A stretch of DNA of 64,000 bases from the human T2T-CHM13v2.0 reference genome, Homo sapiens, in NCBI RefSeq assembly GCF_009914755.1, contig NC_060930.1; one strand, written 5' to 3'. The first letter of the stretch is position 1. Each line of letters starts with the position of its first letter. Below are positions 19,700 to 37,771 of this stretch, in pieces. The position numbers and the translations under genes were made by a program. Below the pieces are notes generated by a model, which was given only the letters and a program-made list of their open reading frames with translations, did no database searches and was not told where the DNA came from.

Positions 19700-20130
19700 G
19701 ACTACGCTTTGCATGAAGAAACTCAGATTTCCCAAGAAATGCCTATGGAAGTGTGTCTTCAGGAGCTACAGTACTGTTTGAATCAAGGGCACATGCAGTC
19801 CTAGTCAATAACTGAGCATGGAAGAAATACCAGATCCTGGACATTTCTACTCAACATGGGATTCTGCTACAGGGAGTCTTTGTACCAGTACTCTGCACTG
19901 AATTGGCCTGGACTTTTGAAATGGTACCACCAACTGAGGCTCTTCCTATGCAAACTTTCTTCCTTCCTTCTCTCCTTTCATAGGTGCCAAACCTACATTT
20001 CAATATGAAGACTCTCTCTGCCCACTCCTGCTCCCTCTCCCTTTATCCTTAATAAGTGTTACTCCAAGTACACTTTTGTACTTCTAACTCCATCTTACTG
20101 TCTGCTTCCCAGAGGACGTGAACTGATACA
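19700..20130 (+). mobile_element. LTR16-like ERVL LTR fossil
   Basis: 3' end ctaactccatcttactgtctgcttcccagaggacgtgaactgataca resembles recalled LTR16 consensus. Confidence 0.55.
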
Positions 20131-20419
20131 CACTCACATAAACCTCGCTCTTCTAGATATATCTCCCTAACTTACTCATGAAGGCTGAAGAAGTAGAAAA
20201 TCTTCATTGGGCTTTCCCACCAGTTTCTATTGTGTGTAATAAGCTGATATTTATCTAATTTCCCTGGGAACTCAATATTGGGCACTTCTCAAATGTTGAC
20301 ATATCTTCTCTATATAGTTTTTGTGGCTTTTTGTTGTTATTGCTGTTTTTTGGGGAATAAACATATTTATTCGTGCATCCTTCCCTTTGTTCTTTAATTT
20401 ATTTAATTTTTAGTTTTAA

Positions 20420-20591
<172 letters not shown>

Positions 20592-20914
20592 TAATTTAAA
20601 AAGAAAATCTTATTCTGCATTTAACACATACTAGATTCATTGCTGAATTTTCTTTTCATAAAAAGAAAGTAATAAGAATACAGGAAAAAAAAACCCAAAT
20701 AACAAAAAACCTTAGATTCCAGCAGTTCACGTCCAATCGCTTTTTGGCATCTCTCATGCCCTTCAGATCATAGGCTCCTCCATTCCTCCTCAACCATGTA
20801 CAGCCTTTGTCATCCTATGGTTTCAGTCCATGAATAGGCTGCCTGCTTACTACTTATGGCCCAATTGTAACCATGTTTCTGAACAAACACCTAATACACT
20901 GTTGGTTAGCCTAC

Positions 20915-21039
20915 GTGAGTGGCTCCAAAAGTTTGAGCATTATTTCTTCTACTATCAAACAACACCTGGAAGGCTCTGGGTTCCTTTCTTCCTCTGTTTC
21001 TGTTAGAAATTGCACAGCCAAGGCAGTAGGGGGATGTAG
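20915..21039 (-). pseudogene. Candidate 125-bp exon of the fossil gene (may extend to 20711)
   Basis: Strong acceptor tttctcttctctttag|CTA; open (LHPPTALAVQFLTETEEERNPEPSRCCLIVEEIMLKLLEPL); donor AC|gtaggc; phase 0 to 2. Confidence 0.5.
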
Positions 21040-21781
21040 CTAAAGAGAAGAGAAATCATAGAACAACTGCACTAATAGCAAGTCTGAGAAAAGGGCTTGC
21101 CAAGAAGCCGAACTTAAGGAGAAGAAGACACAAGGCAACTATCACAAAGCCAGTGATTTTCCAAGGACTGGCATTTCCCTTAGAAGTATGGTCACAGAAA
21201 AAGCTCTTGATGGCCTGTGGGAAGCTTGTAATGGCTTCCCGGTTCCCTTCCATTACTCGTACTAAAATAACTCTCATTTTAGAAAACATTTTCTCAGTCA
21301 TTCTCCTAAAACCCATGGTCAGGCTGAACAGTTTCATTATCATTATATTGCAAAGAGGAAAACTAGGTCTCTGACTAAAATGCCCACTCTAAAGCAGTCA
21401 TGAGCACAAATGGGTCAGTGACAGAACTGAAAAGAGGCTGACATGATTCTAACACATCATGCATCTCTGGGTTTGCCAATCCCTCCTGTGGTCTCATGGT
21501 CAAATCTGCGCTGCTGAATAATTTTAAGGAAATAGCGGGGTCTTGACAGCTAGAGAAGATGAGCTTTCACTCTTGCACAGTGTCTGACACCAGGGTTCCA
21601 ATTTTGATTGTCTTACATGGATCAGTAATTTCCTCTTTTCTTGACAGGGACCCCACACTGAAGTCTACTATATTGTACAGGGTAAAGCGTGCAATAAAAT
21701 ACAAGTACAATAAACTCCAATGAGAAGATTGAAAATATAACTGATAAGCAAAAGGATCTCAGAACAGTAAACTGGAAATAC

Positions 21782-21923
21782 TTGAACTGCCAAAGATAAG
21801 ATGATACTGGAGCAATTTTTCAATCTTAATTATAGTGAACTCTCTCTTTTTTTGGTCTTGCATCCCTCTGTGGATGAGTCAATGCTTCTTTCTTTTAAAT
21901 TCAGTAGGAAATTTATGGTTGAG
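21782..21923 (-). pseudogene. Candidate 142-bp degraded exon of the fossil gene
   Basis: catttttcttatctag|CTC...CAA|gtattt; phase 2 to 0 bridges the 44273 and 21039 exons; one in-frame TAA. Confidence 0.4.
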
Positions 21924-24900
21924 CTAGATAAGAAAAATGTGCAGTATTTGTCTGATCTAGTTTGCCATTATTTGCTGATGTTAGAGAGAGTGTGTGTATG
22001 TCAGGAATGTTCTTGCCCAAACTGTGAGATAACCCGGTGTTGCACCCTCCTACCATCCCTTTCAGCACTCTTCCTGGTGAGATACCCAGAAGTTTCCACC
22101 CCAGGAAGCCAATTCTGTGTGCTCTTCTTACTCTCCACTCCCTGTCATCCTTGACCTGCTGAGGTGTTAATTCTACCAAGCTGTCAGAGCAGAGCATGAA
22201 ATGCTGGCCTCCAAAGCTTGGCTCAGCTTCTTCCTTGCCTAGAATTTCCTCCCTGCCCTTCTCCATCTGTTTAATTTCTGCCTATTCTTAAAGGTATACA
22301 TATTGGCCAGTACTCTTTTGATTATAAGTAACTAAAATCATACTCGGCCTAGCTTAAGCCAAAGGGCATTTTTTGAACTCAGATAACCAAGGCCAGGGCA
22401 GAGTAGAAACTAGCTGACCATAAGATGTCTGGAGTCAGGGTTCCAAACGCTGTCAAGACCCACTATCTTCACTTTTCATCTGTGATACTCAGTGATTCAG
22501 CTTCATTCTCTACAGGGAACTTGCACATAACATTGGAAACTTGGTCTTCTGCAGCTCAACCCTTTCCAGCTTTGCCAACAGAAAGGAGCATTAGGCCTTC
22601 CTTAGGTTAAAGTTTAAAATTCTGTGGAAGGACACCGAATGGCCTAAATTAGGTCACATAGTCATATTTATGTGCATGGGAATAGGCCAGTATGGTTTGC
22701 AGGGCCCAATAGGGTTACGTGGTTGGAGAATAAAAAAAGAGAATTCCCTAAAAGTATTTCCCAAAAAGATGGAGCTTTCTCCAGAAGAAGAAAAATATGA
22801 TTGGTAGACCAAAAAATTGAGCATCCTCCTATATTACAGTTTTGTTCTGTCTCTGTTCAAAGTCACCATCACATACTTGGGCAAGTCACTTTGACTTTCT
22901 CCACCTCAGTCCCTTCAACTACAAAATTAAGTTGAGTTGAATTATCTTTAAAGACCTTTTAAGGCCTAAATTTTATATGTTTCAAGGGTCCTTTATCAAT
23001 CATGAAGGCTTCCTTGTGCATCCTATATTACTCTCTCCCTTCTCTGAATTGCAGCATGCCGATGTAATTTATACAGATAATATGAAGAAAAATGATTATG
23101 CTGGACTTCGTAATTATCTTCAGTTAACTATTTGGAGTTAACTATTGGAGTTTACTATTAATATCATTAATAACTTAGGATATTAAGAATATCAAATATG
23201 TACGGCTCCTAAAACAGAAGGTTCAACAACAAATTGTTGAATTATGATAAATTATTCACTCAGAAAACTAGAGAGGAGCCAATAAGAGTTAAATAAAAAC
23301 AAGATAAAGTTACATTATAAACCACCACTACAAAAAGGAAGAAAGAAGTTGAAAGAAAGGGATTTATCTTGCAGCCAACAGGTAAGATGGTAATTTGAGC
23401 CCAGGTATTAAATATCTCTTGAAATCATCACCCTAGTCAGGCTGGAAAAACTAGTGGAATGTAGGGGACAGAAATGTGGGAGAAATTTCACCCTAGCCAT
23501 GGTAAAATGAAAGCGCATCATCTATGAGCCACAAACTTCAAGGAATTTCAGCTAGACATATTGCAGATATAAATAGAATTATGAAAGATATTAAGCTATC
23601 TTCCTAAGGAAGCAATGCCAGATTGTAAGAAAGAAGATGAGATATCAGAAAAGTCACCATAAATATGTTATAATGGGGTTTTGGCTAAAAGCATGCAAAA
23701 GACAAGGAATAGAGATAGAAGCCAGTTCTGTTGGAACTCATTTCAACAATTTGGGTAAACATATTCAGTAGTTGCTGCTGAATAATTCACATGTTACTGA
23801 ATAAAACTGATGAAAGCTAATAAGAGGGGCTTCTTAATGCAACAAGCTTTTCCTGTCCAGTAGTAGATAATAGAATGAGGAAGCAGGCAGATATTCTTAT
23901 CTTCAGTATCTGAAGTGGAGACTGAGATGAATTGAAAACACAATCAATGAGATGGTCCCTAGTGCACTAGCATCAGATGAAGTTTGTCTTTTTAAAACGT
24001 ACAGAAAATGGAATTCGACATTTAAAATATCTTACAAATTTAATAGATATTGTGTGCAATGAAACACATAACAAGTGCTCATACGAGCTCACCAGAAAAA
24101 AAGAATAAAATGGTTATCAAAGATACAATAAAAGCAAATTTAACTGAGGTAAAGGAACATGAATTTAAAGACTGAAAATTCCCTGCATGCCAAGCAGAAT
24201 CAATGAAAAGAGACTCACATTTAGACATATTCTGGCAGATTGTTGAACAAAGCAGAAGAAAATCTACAACTGTCAATACAAAAGTTGCTGAGAAAGAAAA
24301 AAATAAATTCTTTTTTTCAGATTTTTCTTCTGTTATATAAAATGAAACAAATCGCGATATATTAAAAGAAAAAAGTTGTGGCCAAGAATTCTATACCCAA
24401 ATTTATACTTGAGTAGAAATAAGGAATGTACAAAGAGAACAGAGAGACATTTTCAAATGTGCAAAAGCCAAAAATGATATAATATGCAATAGAAAAAAGT
24501 GAAGAAATGAGAAAATAATAGAATCAAGGAAATTTTGAAACAATCAAAATAAAGTCTAAATAAATGTTTTAAATATGGTATATAAATGCAAATATTAAAA
24601 TAATTTGTAAATAAGTACACTTAAGATATAAATACTAATTTATCAATATTAAAATTAATAACAATAATAAAACAGGTAAAAGTCTTAAAGTATGCCAACC
24701 AAAATCAAGATGGGAGACTAAGAAGGATGGAAGTAAAACTCATCAAATAGTATACTTAAAATTGGTTTTATTGTTTGTAAATTATACCTCAATAAATAAA
24801 GCTAAATATATGTACACACACATACATATATATATGTACACACATATGCAGAATATATTCTAGACAACTATATGCAAATAGGCTCAAACATTTAGATGTA

Positions 24901-24936
24901 ATAAACATTTTTTTAGAAAACACAACTTTAGATTCT

Positions 24937-30968
<6,032 letters not shown>

Positions 30969-31776
30969 AAAACACAACTTCAGAAATTTGACAAAAGAAG
31001 AAACAGAAAACATAAGTTGTTATGTGTGTACTAAAGACATCAAATCTGTAATAAAAACTTCCCCACACAGCATTTGACAAAATCCAATGCTAATTTATGA
31101 TAAAAACTTCCAATGAATTATGAAGAAAAATGAACTTCTTTAATCTGAATAAGTGTATCTCAGAACAAAACAATAAAAATCATATTTAATGGTGAAAATT
31201 GAATACCAGCTCCCTGAGATCAGGAATAAGACAATAATGTCTCAAGAATAAGATAATCACCACTACTATTCAACTCACACTGAAGAACCAAGCCAGCAGC
31301 ACAAGACATGAAAAATAAGCAAAGGTTTTAAGGATTGGAAAGGAAAAAATAAAGTTGAAAATATTTCCAGATAATATAATTTTGTGGCTAGAAAATCCAA
31401 AGTCATCTACAGATAAACTATTTGAATTAAAAGTAAATTCAGCAAGATTGCTGATACAAAGTCAATATACAAAAACCATCTACTTAGAAATAATTCCATA
31501 TATAAACACAAAACAATAAGAAAATAATATGTGAAAAGCAATAACATTTACAATTGCATCTAATAAAAACACCAAATACCTAGTAATATATTTTACAAAA
31601 GACATTGAAGACTTCTATTCAGAAAACTGCGAAACTTAATTGAGATGAATTGAAGAAACCTAAACAGATAGAGAGATATATAATGTTTGTGAGTTGAAAG
31701 AGCCTATATTGCAAAGCTATCAATTTTCTCCAAATTAAAGTATGTATTCAATTCCCAAAAAATCCCAGCCAGGCTT

Positions 31777-31840
31777 TGGTGGTGGTGGTAGTGGTGGTAG
31801 TGGTGGCGGTGGCAGTGGTGGTGGCAGTGGAGGTGGTGGT
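31777..31840. repeat. Imperfect (GTG)n trinucleotide repeat
   Basis: ggtggtggtggtagtggtggtagtggtggcggtggcagt... Confidence 0.9.
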
Positions 31841-32253
31841 AAGGATGTCTTTAATTGACAAAATAGTCCTAAACTGTACATGGACTTTTAAAGATCCAAG
31901 AACAGCAAAGATAGTCTCCAAAAAACTAATCTGGAAAACTTGTAACACCAGATATCAAGATTTATTGTAAAGCTACAGTCACAGCACAAAGATATGTAAA
32001 TAGACCAAGGGATCAAAATAGAGCCTGCAGAAACAGACACACAGTTATATGGTCACTTGATTTATAAGAAACGTGTTACTGCATGAGATAATGGTCTTTT
32101 AAATATAGACCCCTCAAAAATAAAGTATGACCTCATACTATACTTGCAAATCAATTGAAAACCAGTCCTATGTGGAAGTTAGATCTCAATGTGGAAGATG
32201 AAAAAAAACCCTCTAGATTATCATATTATAGTATAACTTTATAGACAAAGCTC

Positions 32254-32417
32254 TTTTGTTTGTTTGTTTAAGAGATGAGGTCTTGCTTTGTAACTCAGGC
32301 TAGAGTGCAGTGGCATGATCAGAGTTCACTATAACCTTGAACCCCTGGGCTCAAGCGATGTTCCTGCCTCAGCCTCTGAGTAGTGGGACTATGGGTCTGT
32401 GTGACCACACCTGGCTA
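32254..32417 (-). mobile_element. Alu monomer (FLAM-like)
   Basis: Single reverse Alu arm with (tttg)n tail. Confidence 0.8.
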
Positions 32418-32630
32418 AATAGCTTTCTTTTAAGACAGAGAAAAAGTCATAAGAAAATAGAAAAAGATGGATAATTATGTATACTAAAAGCAAGGACTTG
32501 TGTTCATCCAGAGACACCTATAAAAGAGTCGAAGGCAAGCCAAGGTATAGAAGATGTTAATATGCATATATTTGCAAATTACTCATACTCAAAATATATA
32601 AAAAATTTTTTCTTTTTTTTTTTTTTTTTT

Positions 32631-32954
32631 GCAGTTGCAAGATTTAATAGAGTGAAATAGAGTGAAAACAGAGCTCCCATACAAGGAGGGGACCCAAAGG
32701 GGATTGCCATTGCTGTCTCAAATGCCTGGGTTTATATCCGGATCCTTGTCCCTCCCACTGTGCTCTCAGGCAATTGATGATTGGCTATTTCTTTACCTCC
32801 TATTTTTGCCTAATTAGCTTCTTAGTGAGCTCTCTGATTGGTTGGGTGTGAGCTAAGTGGCAAGCCCCATGTTTAAAGGTAGATGCGGTCACCTTCCCAG
32901 CTAGGCTTAGGGATTCTTAGTCGGCCTAGGAAATCCAGCTAGTCCTGTCTCTCA
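32631..32954 (-). promoter_or_regulatory. HERV-W 3' LTR U3-R (LTR17) with CCAAT, TATA and ATTAAA polyA signal
   Basis: Minus strand starts TGAGAGACAGGACTAGCTGG after the polypurine tract; contains AGCCAATC, GATATAAA (32731-32738) and CTATTAAATC. Confidence 0.85.
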
Positions 32955-33250
32955 GTCCCCCCTCTCAACAGGAAAACCCAAGTGCTGTTGGGGAGGTTGG
33001 CTGATGACTGCTCTAACTGCTTCCTGCTGAATTGGGTCATAGTAGGGGTTGTGCAGTTGAGATTTCCTCGGGAGGGGTGCCTTCAATGTCATTAACATTG
33101 GAGCATGGGCTAGGAGGTTGATCAGGGGTCTGCAGTGGATCTTAGTCATGGACTGCATCTGGGGCTCCATTTGAAGAATGATTTGTAGTTTTACAGTTTC
33201 AATTCTGGAAGAGACAAACTTAACAAGGAGGTTAAAGATACAGGGATTGA
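32952..33250 (-). pseudogene. env: HERV-W env 3' remnant (TM cytoplasmic tail)
   Basis: PCIFNLLVKFVSSRIETVKLQ...MEPQMQSMTKI matches the HERV-W/syncytin-1-type Env tail; the rest of env is deleted. Confidence 0.88.
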
Positions 33251-33269
33251 AATGTATGGTCTGCAATGC

Positions 33270-35846
33270 AGGGGATTATTTCTTTGGCACACTATAGAGG
33301 CCCTGCTTGATAGTTTTGAAAAGGCCTGGTGCAGTAAATAATAATTTGGCCATCTCATGGGTGCTATCAATGCATAAGTGAAAGGTTTGGTGAAGGGTTT
33401 TAAGTAATTTCCACTGGTTAGCTGCAGGCATAAGTATTTTTCCTTCTTCGGTGGCTAGCCATCCTGAGGGGAGGAAACTATGTCTTCATGAGGTTCCTCA
33501 TTCTATTTCTTCTTCCGAGTACTGGGGCTTGGTTTCCTGGAGGGGATTACCCCATACTAGGGGTCCTTCTATAAGCATTTCTAATGGAGGGTCCTGCCTT
33601 GTGGCTCTTTTGGCTTCAATATCCGCTTGGTGGTTCCTTTCTATTTCCCTTTCCTTTCCTTCCTGGTGACCCCGGCAGTGTAAGACTGCCACCTCTTTAG
33701 GTTTCGGTACAGCCAATAGTAATCTCCTGATGGCTTCCTGATGTTTGATAGGTATTCCCTCGGAAATTAGGAATTCCCTTTCTCTCCATATTGCTGCATG
33801 GGCATGGAGGACTAGGTAAGCATACTTAGAGTCTGTATATATATTTACCCTTTTCCCTTCTCCTAATTCTAGTGCCTGAGTGAGGGCTATTAGTTTTGCC
33901 AGCTGAGCACTAGTTCCTGGAGTGAGGGGATTACTTTCAAGTATTCCATTACGACTGACCACTGCATACCCTGCTTTTTGAAGTCCTTTTTCTACAAAGG
34001 AACTTCCATCAGTATACAAGTTGAGGTCGTGATCAGTCAAGGGCACCTCTAAAAGGTCCCCTTGAGTGGCATAGGTTTGAGCAATTACTTGTTGACAATT
34101 ATGTTCTTTCCTCTCTTCATTGTCTGGAAGAAATGTGGCTGGGTTAAGAGTTGCACAAGTGCGCAGTCGCAGCACTGGCTCTTCAAGTAATAGAGCCTGA
34201 TATTTAAGTAAACGGTTGTCTGACAGCCACAAGTCTCCTTTAGCAGTGAGTATGCCGTTCACATCATGAGATGTCCACACAGAAAGATCTCTTCCCTGTA
34301 TTATTTTAACTGCTTCAGATACTAAGACTGCTACTGCCACCATTACCCATAAACAATGAGGCCAACCCTTTGCCACTACATCAATTTCCTTACTCAGGTA
34401 TACCACGGGTTGCAAGCTCATCCCTCAGACCTGCGTAAGGACTCCTAGAGCTATTCCTGTTTCTTCTGTGACATATAAAGAAAAGTCTTGCCCCGTTGGC
34501 AAGCTTACAACTGGGGTTTGGGTTAGGGCCTTCTTTAGGGCCTGGAAAGCCACTTCTGCTTCAGGTGTCCATCTTACTATATGGGTATTGGCTTTCTGAG
34601 TTTCCTTAATTAATGTACATAATGGCCTGGCTATTTCACTGTATCTGGGAATCCATATTCGGCAGAAGGCTGTTATGCCAAGGAACCCTCTTAGTTGCTT
34701 TAGGGTTTTGGGATGAGGATAAGCCAGTATACGCTGGATACGTTCCTCTCTGAGGGCCCTGGTGACTTTGGATAATTTTAGCCCTAAGTATTTAACCTGC
34801 TGTGAGCAGAGCTGAGCCTTTTGTTTGGAGCCACAGGTAGCGAGGAAATTTAAGAGCGCTTGGGTGGCTTGATGCCACAAGGTTTCTGAATGGGTGGCTA
34901 TAATTAAATCATCCCCATACAGAAGAACAAGAATGTCCAGCTATGACAATTGGCTCAAGTCTTGGGCTAATGCCTGGCCAAATAGACGGGGGCTATCCTT
35001 GAACCCTTGGGGTAAAACAGTCCAGGTGAGTTGAGACATTGGATCTTCAAAGGCAAACAAGAATTGAGAGTCAGGATGTACAGGGATGCCGAAAAAGGCA
35101 TCCTTAAGGTCCAGGACTGTAAACCACTCTGCTTCCTCTGGTATTTGGGAAAGCAGAGTATAAGGGTTAGGTACAGCTGGGTATAGAGGAACAACAGCCT
35201 CATTGATAATCCTGAGATCTTGCACTAACCTCCACTGTCCATTGGGTTTCTGTACTCCTAAAATTGGAGTATTGCAGGGGCTATTGCATGGTTTTACTAG
35301 GCCTTGGGCTTTTAGGTCCTTAACAATCTTTTGGAGTCCTTGTTGGGCCTCGGGTCTGAGGGGGTGCTGCCTTCAGTAAGGAAAGGAGGTGGAATCCTTT
35401 AGTTTAACTTGAACAGGATGGGCATTCTTTGCTCATCTATGTTGTCCTTCTGTTGCTCAGACTTCAGGATTAATTCCTTCCTCAAGCAGGGGACAACAAA
35501 CAGGTGTTCCTTTTCCTACGTTCAGATGTATAATGGCCCCTGCTTTTGCTACAATGTCTCTCCCTAACAAGGGAGTGGGGCTTTCAGACATAATTAGAAA
35601 GGCATGTGAAAAGAGTAAAGTTCCCCAGTCACAATTTAGTGGCTGGGAGAAGTATCTAGTGACTGCCTGTCCTAGGACCCCTTGGATAGTGACAGATGCG
35701 GAGGACAGTTGTCCGGGACAGGCGAGTAAGACTGAGAAGGCCGTGCCAGTGTCCAGGAGACAGTTAACCTCCTGGCCCTCAATGGTCAAGCATACCCAGG
35801 GCTCTATGAGGGTGATGGCATGGGCTGGTGCTTGCCCTGGGCACCC
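33270..35846 (-). pseudogene. pol: HERV-W pro-pol (protease, RT, RNase H, start of integrase), interrupted
   Basis: Protease LLDTG, RT LDLKDAFF and LPQGF, a YGDD variant of the YXDD motif, RNase H YTDGSS; several stops; most of integrase deleted. Confidence 0.93.
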
Positions 35847-37317
35847 TCAGTCCTGCTGCAGGATCATCTGGTTAGTGGCTTCTGACTCAGAGGACCTTCA
35901 TCCCCTGGGGCAATGGGTCTTCCAGTGATTCCCTTGACATAAGGGGCATGGATGAGGGGGTGGCTTATTTCTACTTGGACAATCTTTTTTAAAGTGTCCT
36001 TGTAGACCACACTGGAAATAAGCCCTATTAGGCATTTGATTTGCCCAGCTTTTCCCTTTTCCAGAGCCTCCAAAGTCTGATTGCCTGAGGGCCGTGACTA
36101 AAGCGGTGGCCCTTTTTAAATCCCGTTTGTCCCATTCTGCCTGCTCCTCCTGATCTCTATTATAAAAAACCGAGGTTGCCAAGTTCAATAGGGTTTCTAA
36201 GTTTTGCTCTGGGCCTAAGGTGGACTTTTGAAGTTTTTTCTAATGTCTGCAGCTGACGGAGTGATAAACTTATCATTCAAGATTAGTTGGCCTTCAATAG
36301 AGTCAGGTGACAGAGAGGTATGCTTCCTCAATGCCTCCCTTAGTCTCTCCAGAAAGGCAGTAGGATTTTCTTCCTTTCCCTGTTATAGTGGGTGTTATAG
36401 TGGATATCATTTAATAATTCATAAGCTTCTTCCTAGTTTTCCTTAGTCCTAGCACGCAAGTTAGCAAATGTCTGTGGCACCAATCTCCATGTTCTGATTC
36501 TGTGTCCCAGTGACGGTCTACACTGGGAACTGCCTGCTGGCCTGTGGTGAATCGTTCTTTCCTCTGTTGTCATCCTATCATTGACCTGGCTGAGATACCA
36601 GAGATTGCCAAACTCTCAGGCTGCACTTATGGCGGCACTTCTCTCATTTGGGGTTAGTGTCTGATTTAGCAGTAACATGATATCTCTCCATGTCAGATCA
36701 AAGGATTGCCCCAACCTTTGTAAAACATCAATATAGCCATCAGGGTTATCTGAGAATTTACCTAGGTCTATTTTAATTTGCTTTAAGTCTGAGAGAGAAA
36801 AAGATACATGCACTCTCTGGCTGGGCCAAATTCTCCTCCTCCCACTGCTTGGAGGGGGCAAAATCAGGGAATATTGGCACTGTTTGGTTCATCGTTTATC
36901 CATTTGTCTATCTCCTTTGGACCATTCGGGTAAAAGGGGGGTCCTTATTATTTGGGGAAGGAGTCAGGGGGATGCTGGGATAGGGAGGTAGAATCTGAGG
37001 GCTTCCTGTAGGACATAAACCACACTTTTTACATAATTATGAGTTGTCTCTTAATGAAAAGAAAGTTTGCAAATATGGCACTTCACTCCATTTGCCCTCC
37101 TTTCTACAGAAGAGGTCTGGCTGTAAGATGGTGTTATAATTTATACTTCCCTCAGGAGGCCAAGTTTCTGCCCCTTGAAGAGGATATCGTGGCCAGGCGG
37201 TACTGCAGAAGAATATAAGTCATTTCTTTCTTAGCGTCTGAGGGTCAAATTGGTCCTAATTCTCCAGAATACATCTCAGGGGCATTTCTGCCTTGGGGTG
37301 GGGGGAACATTTCCCAT
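35847..37317 (-). pseudogene. gag: HERV-W gag, interrupted
   Basis: ATG GGA AAT GTT CCC at 37317; capsid FSLSDLKQIKIDLGKFSDNPDGY; zinc knuckles CGLQGHFKKDC and CPLCQGNHWKTHC; frameshifted. Confidence 0.9.
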
Positions 37318-37409
37318 CTGAAAAAAGGACATAGGGGTGCCAGCACCCTTAGTCATTTTCCATCGAGCGTTAGTCCTAGAGCATCCTCTAAGGGCCTAAT
37401 GTTTATTCT

Positions 37410-37771
37410 TTTCCAGGGTGCATAACCACCCATGGACCTCTGCTTATTGGATTAGTTATGCTAACTGATGTAGCAGTTCTGCACCTGTTTTCCCGCCTCT
37501 CTTGACCACAAAGAAAGGGGTCCGGGCTGCTGGATTCTAGTGGTCCTTTACCAGCGTGCCCAACATTGCCTTTGGGCTCAGGGGTGAGATCCTTTCCAGG
37601 GTGCGTAACCACCCATGGACCTCTGCTTATCGGATTAGTTATGCTCACCAATGTAGCAGTCCTGCACCTGTTTTCCCGCCTCTCTTGACCACAAACAAAG
37701 GGGTCTGGGCTGCTGGATTCTAGTGGTCCTTTGCCAGCGTGCCCAACATTGCCTTTGCACTCAGGGGTGAG
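37410..37771. repeat. Two tandem approx 180-bp repeats in the HERV-W leader
   Basis: Units 37410-37588 and 37593-37771 both run tttccagggtgc...tcaggggtgag. Confidence 0.9.

Noticed and set aside
21056-21374. 95-aa and 73-aa ORFs with hydrophobic stretches
   Set aside because: No splice-site or homology support; the 3' end of the minus ORF overlaps the polypyrimidine tract of the 21039 exon
21648-21682. Plus-strand mini-exon (ttttcttgacag|GGACC...CAGG|gtaaag)
   Set aside because: Isolated, with no partner exons found; such motifs occur by chance
31748-31970. Poly-Val and poly-Thr ORFs
   Set aside because: Translation artefacts of the (GTG)n microsatellite
32952-33266. Syncytin-like gene
   Set aside because: Only the cytoplasmic tail remains; signal peptide, SU and fusion domains are deleted
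33498-34421. 307-aa HERV-W pol ORF as a domesticated gene
   Set aside because: It is a tether/RNase H fragment between nonsense codons with a non-ATG start; nothing suggests selection
37410-37771. Leader tandem repeat as a CRISPR-like or novel array
   Set aside because: Only two approx 180-bp units with no spacers, and as I recall it is a normal feature of HERV-W leaders
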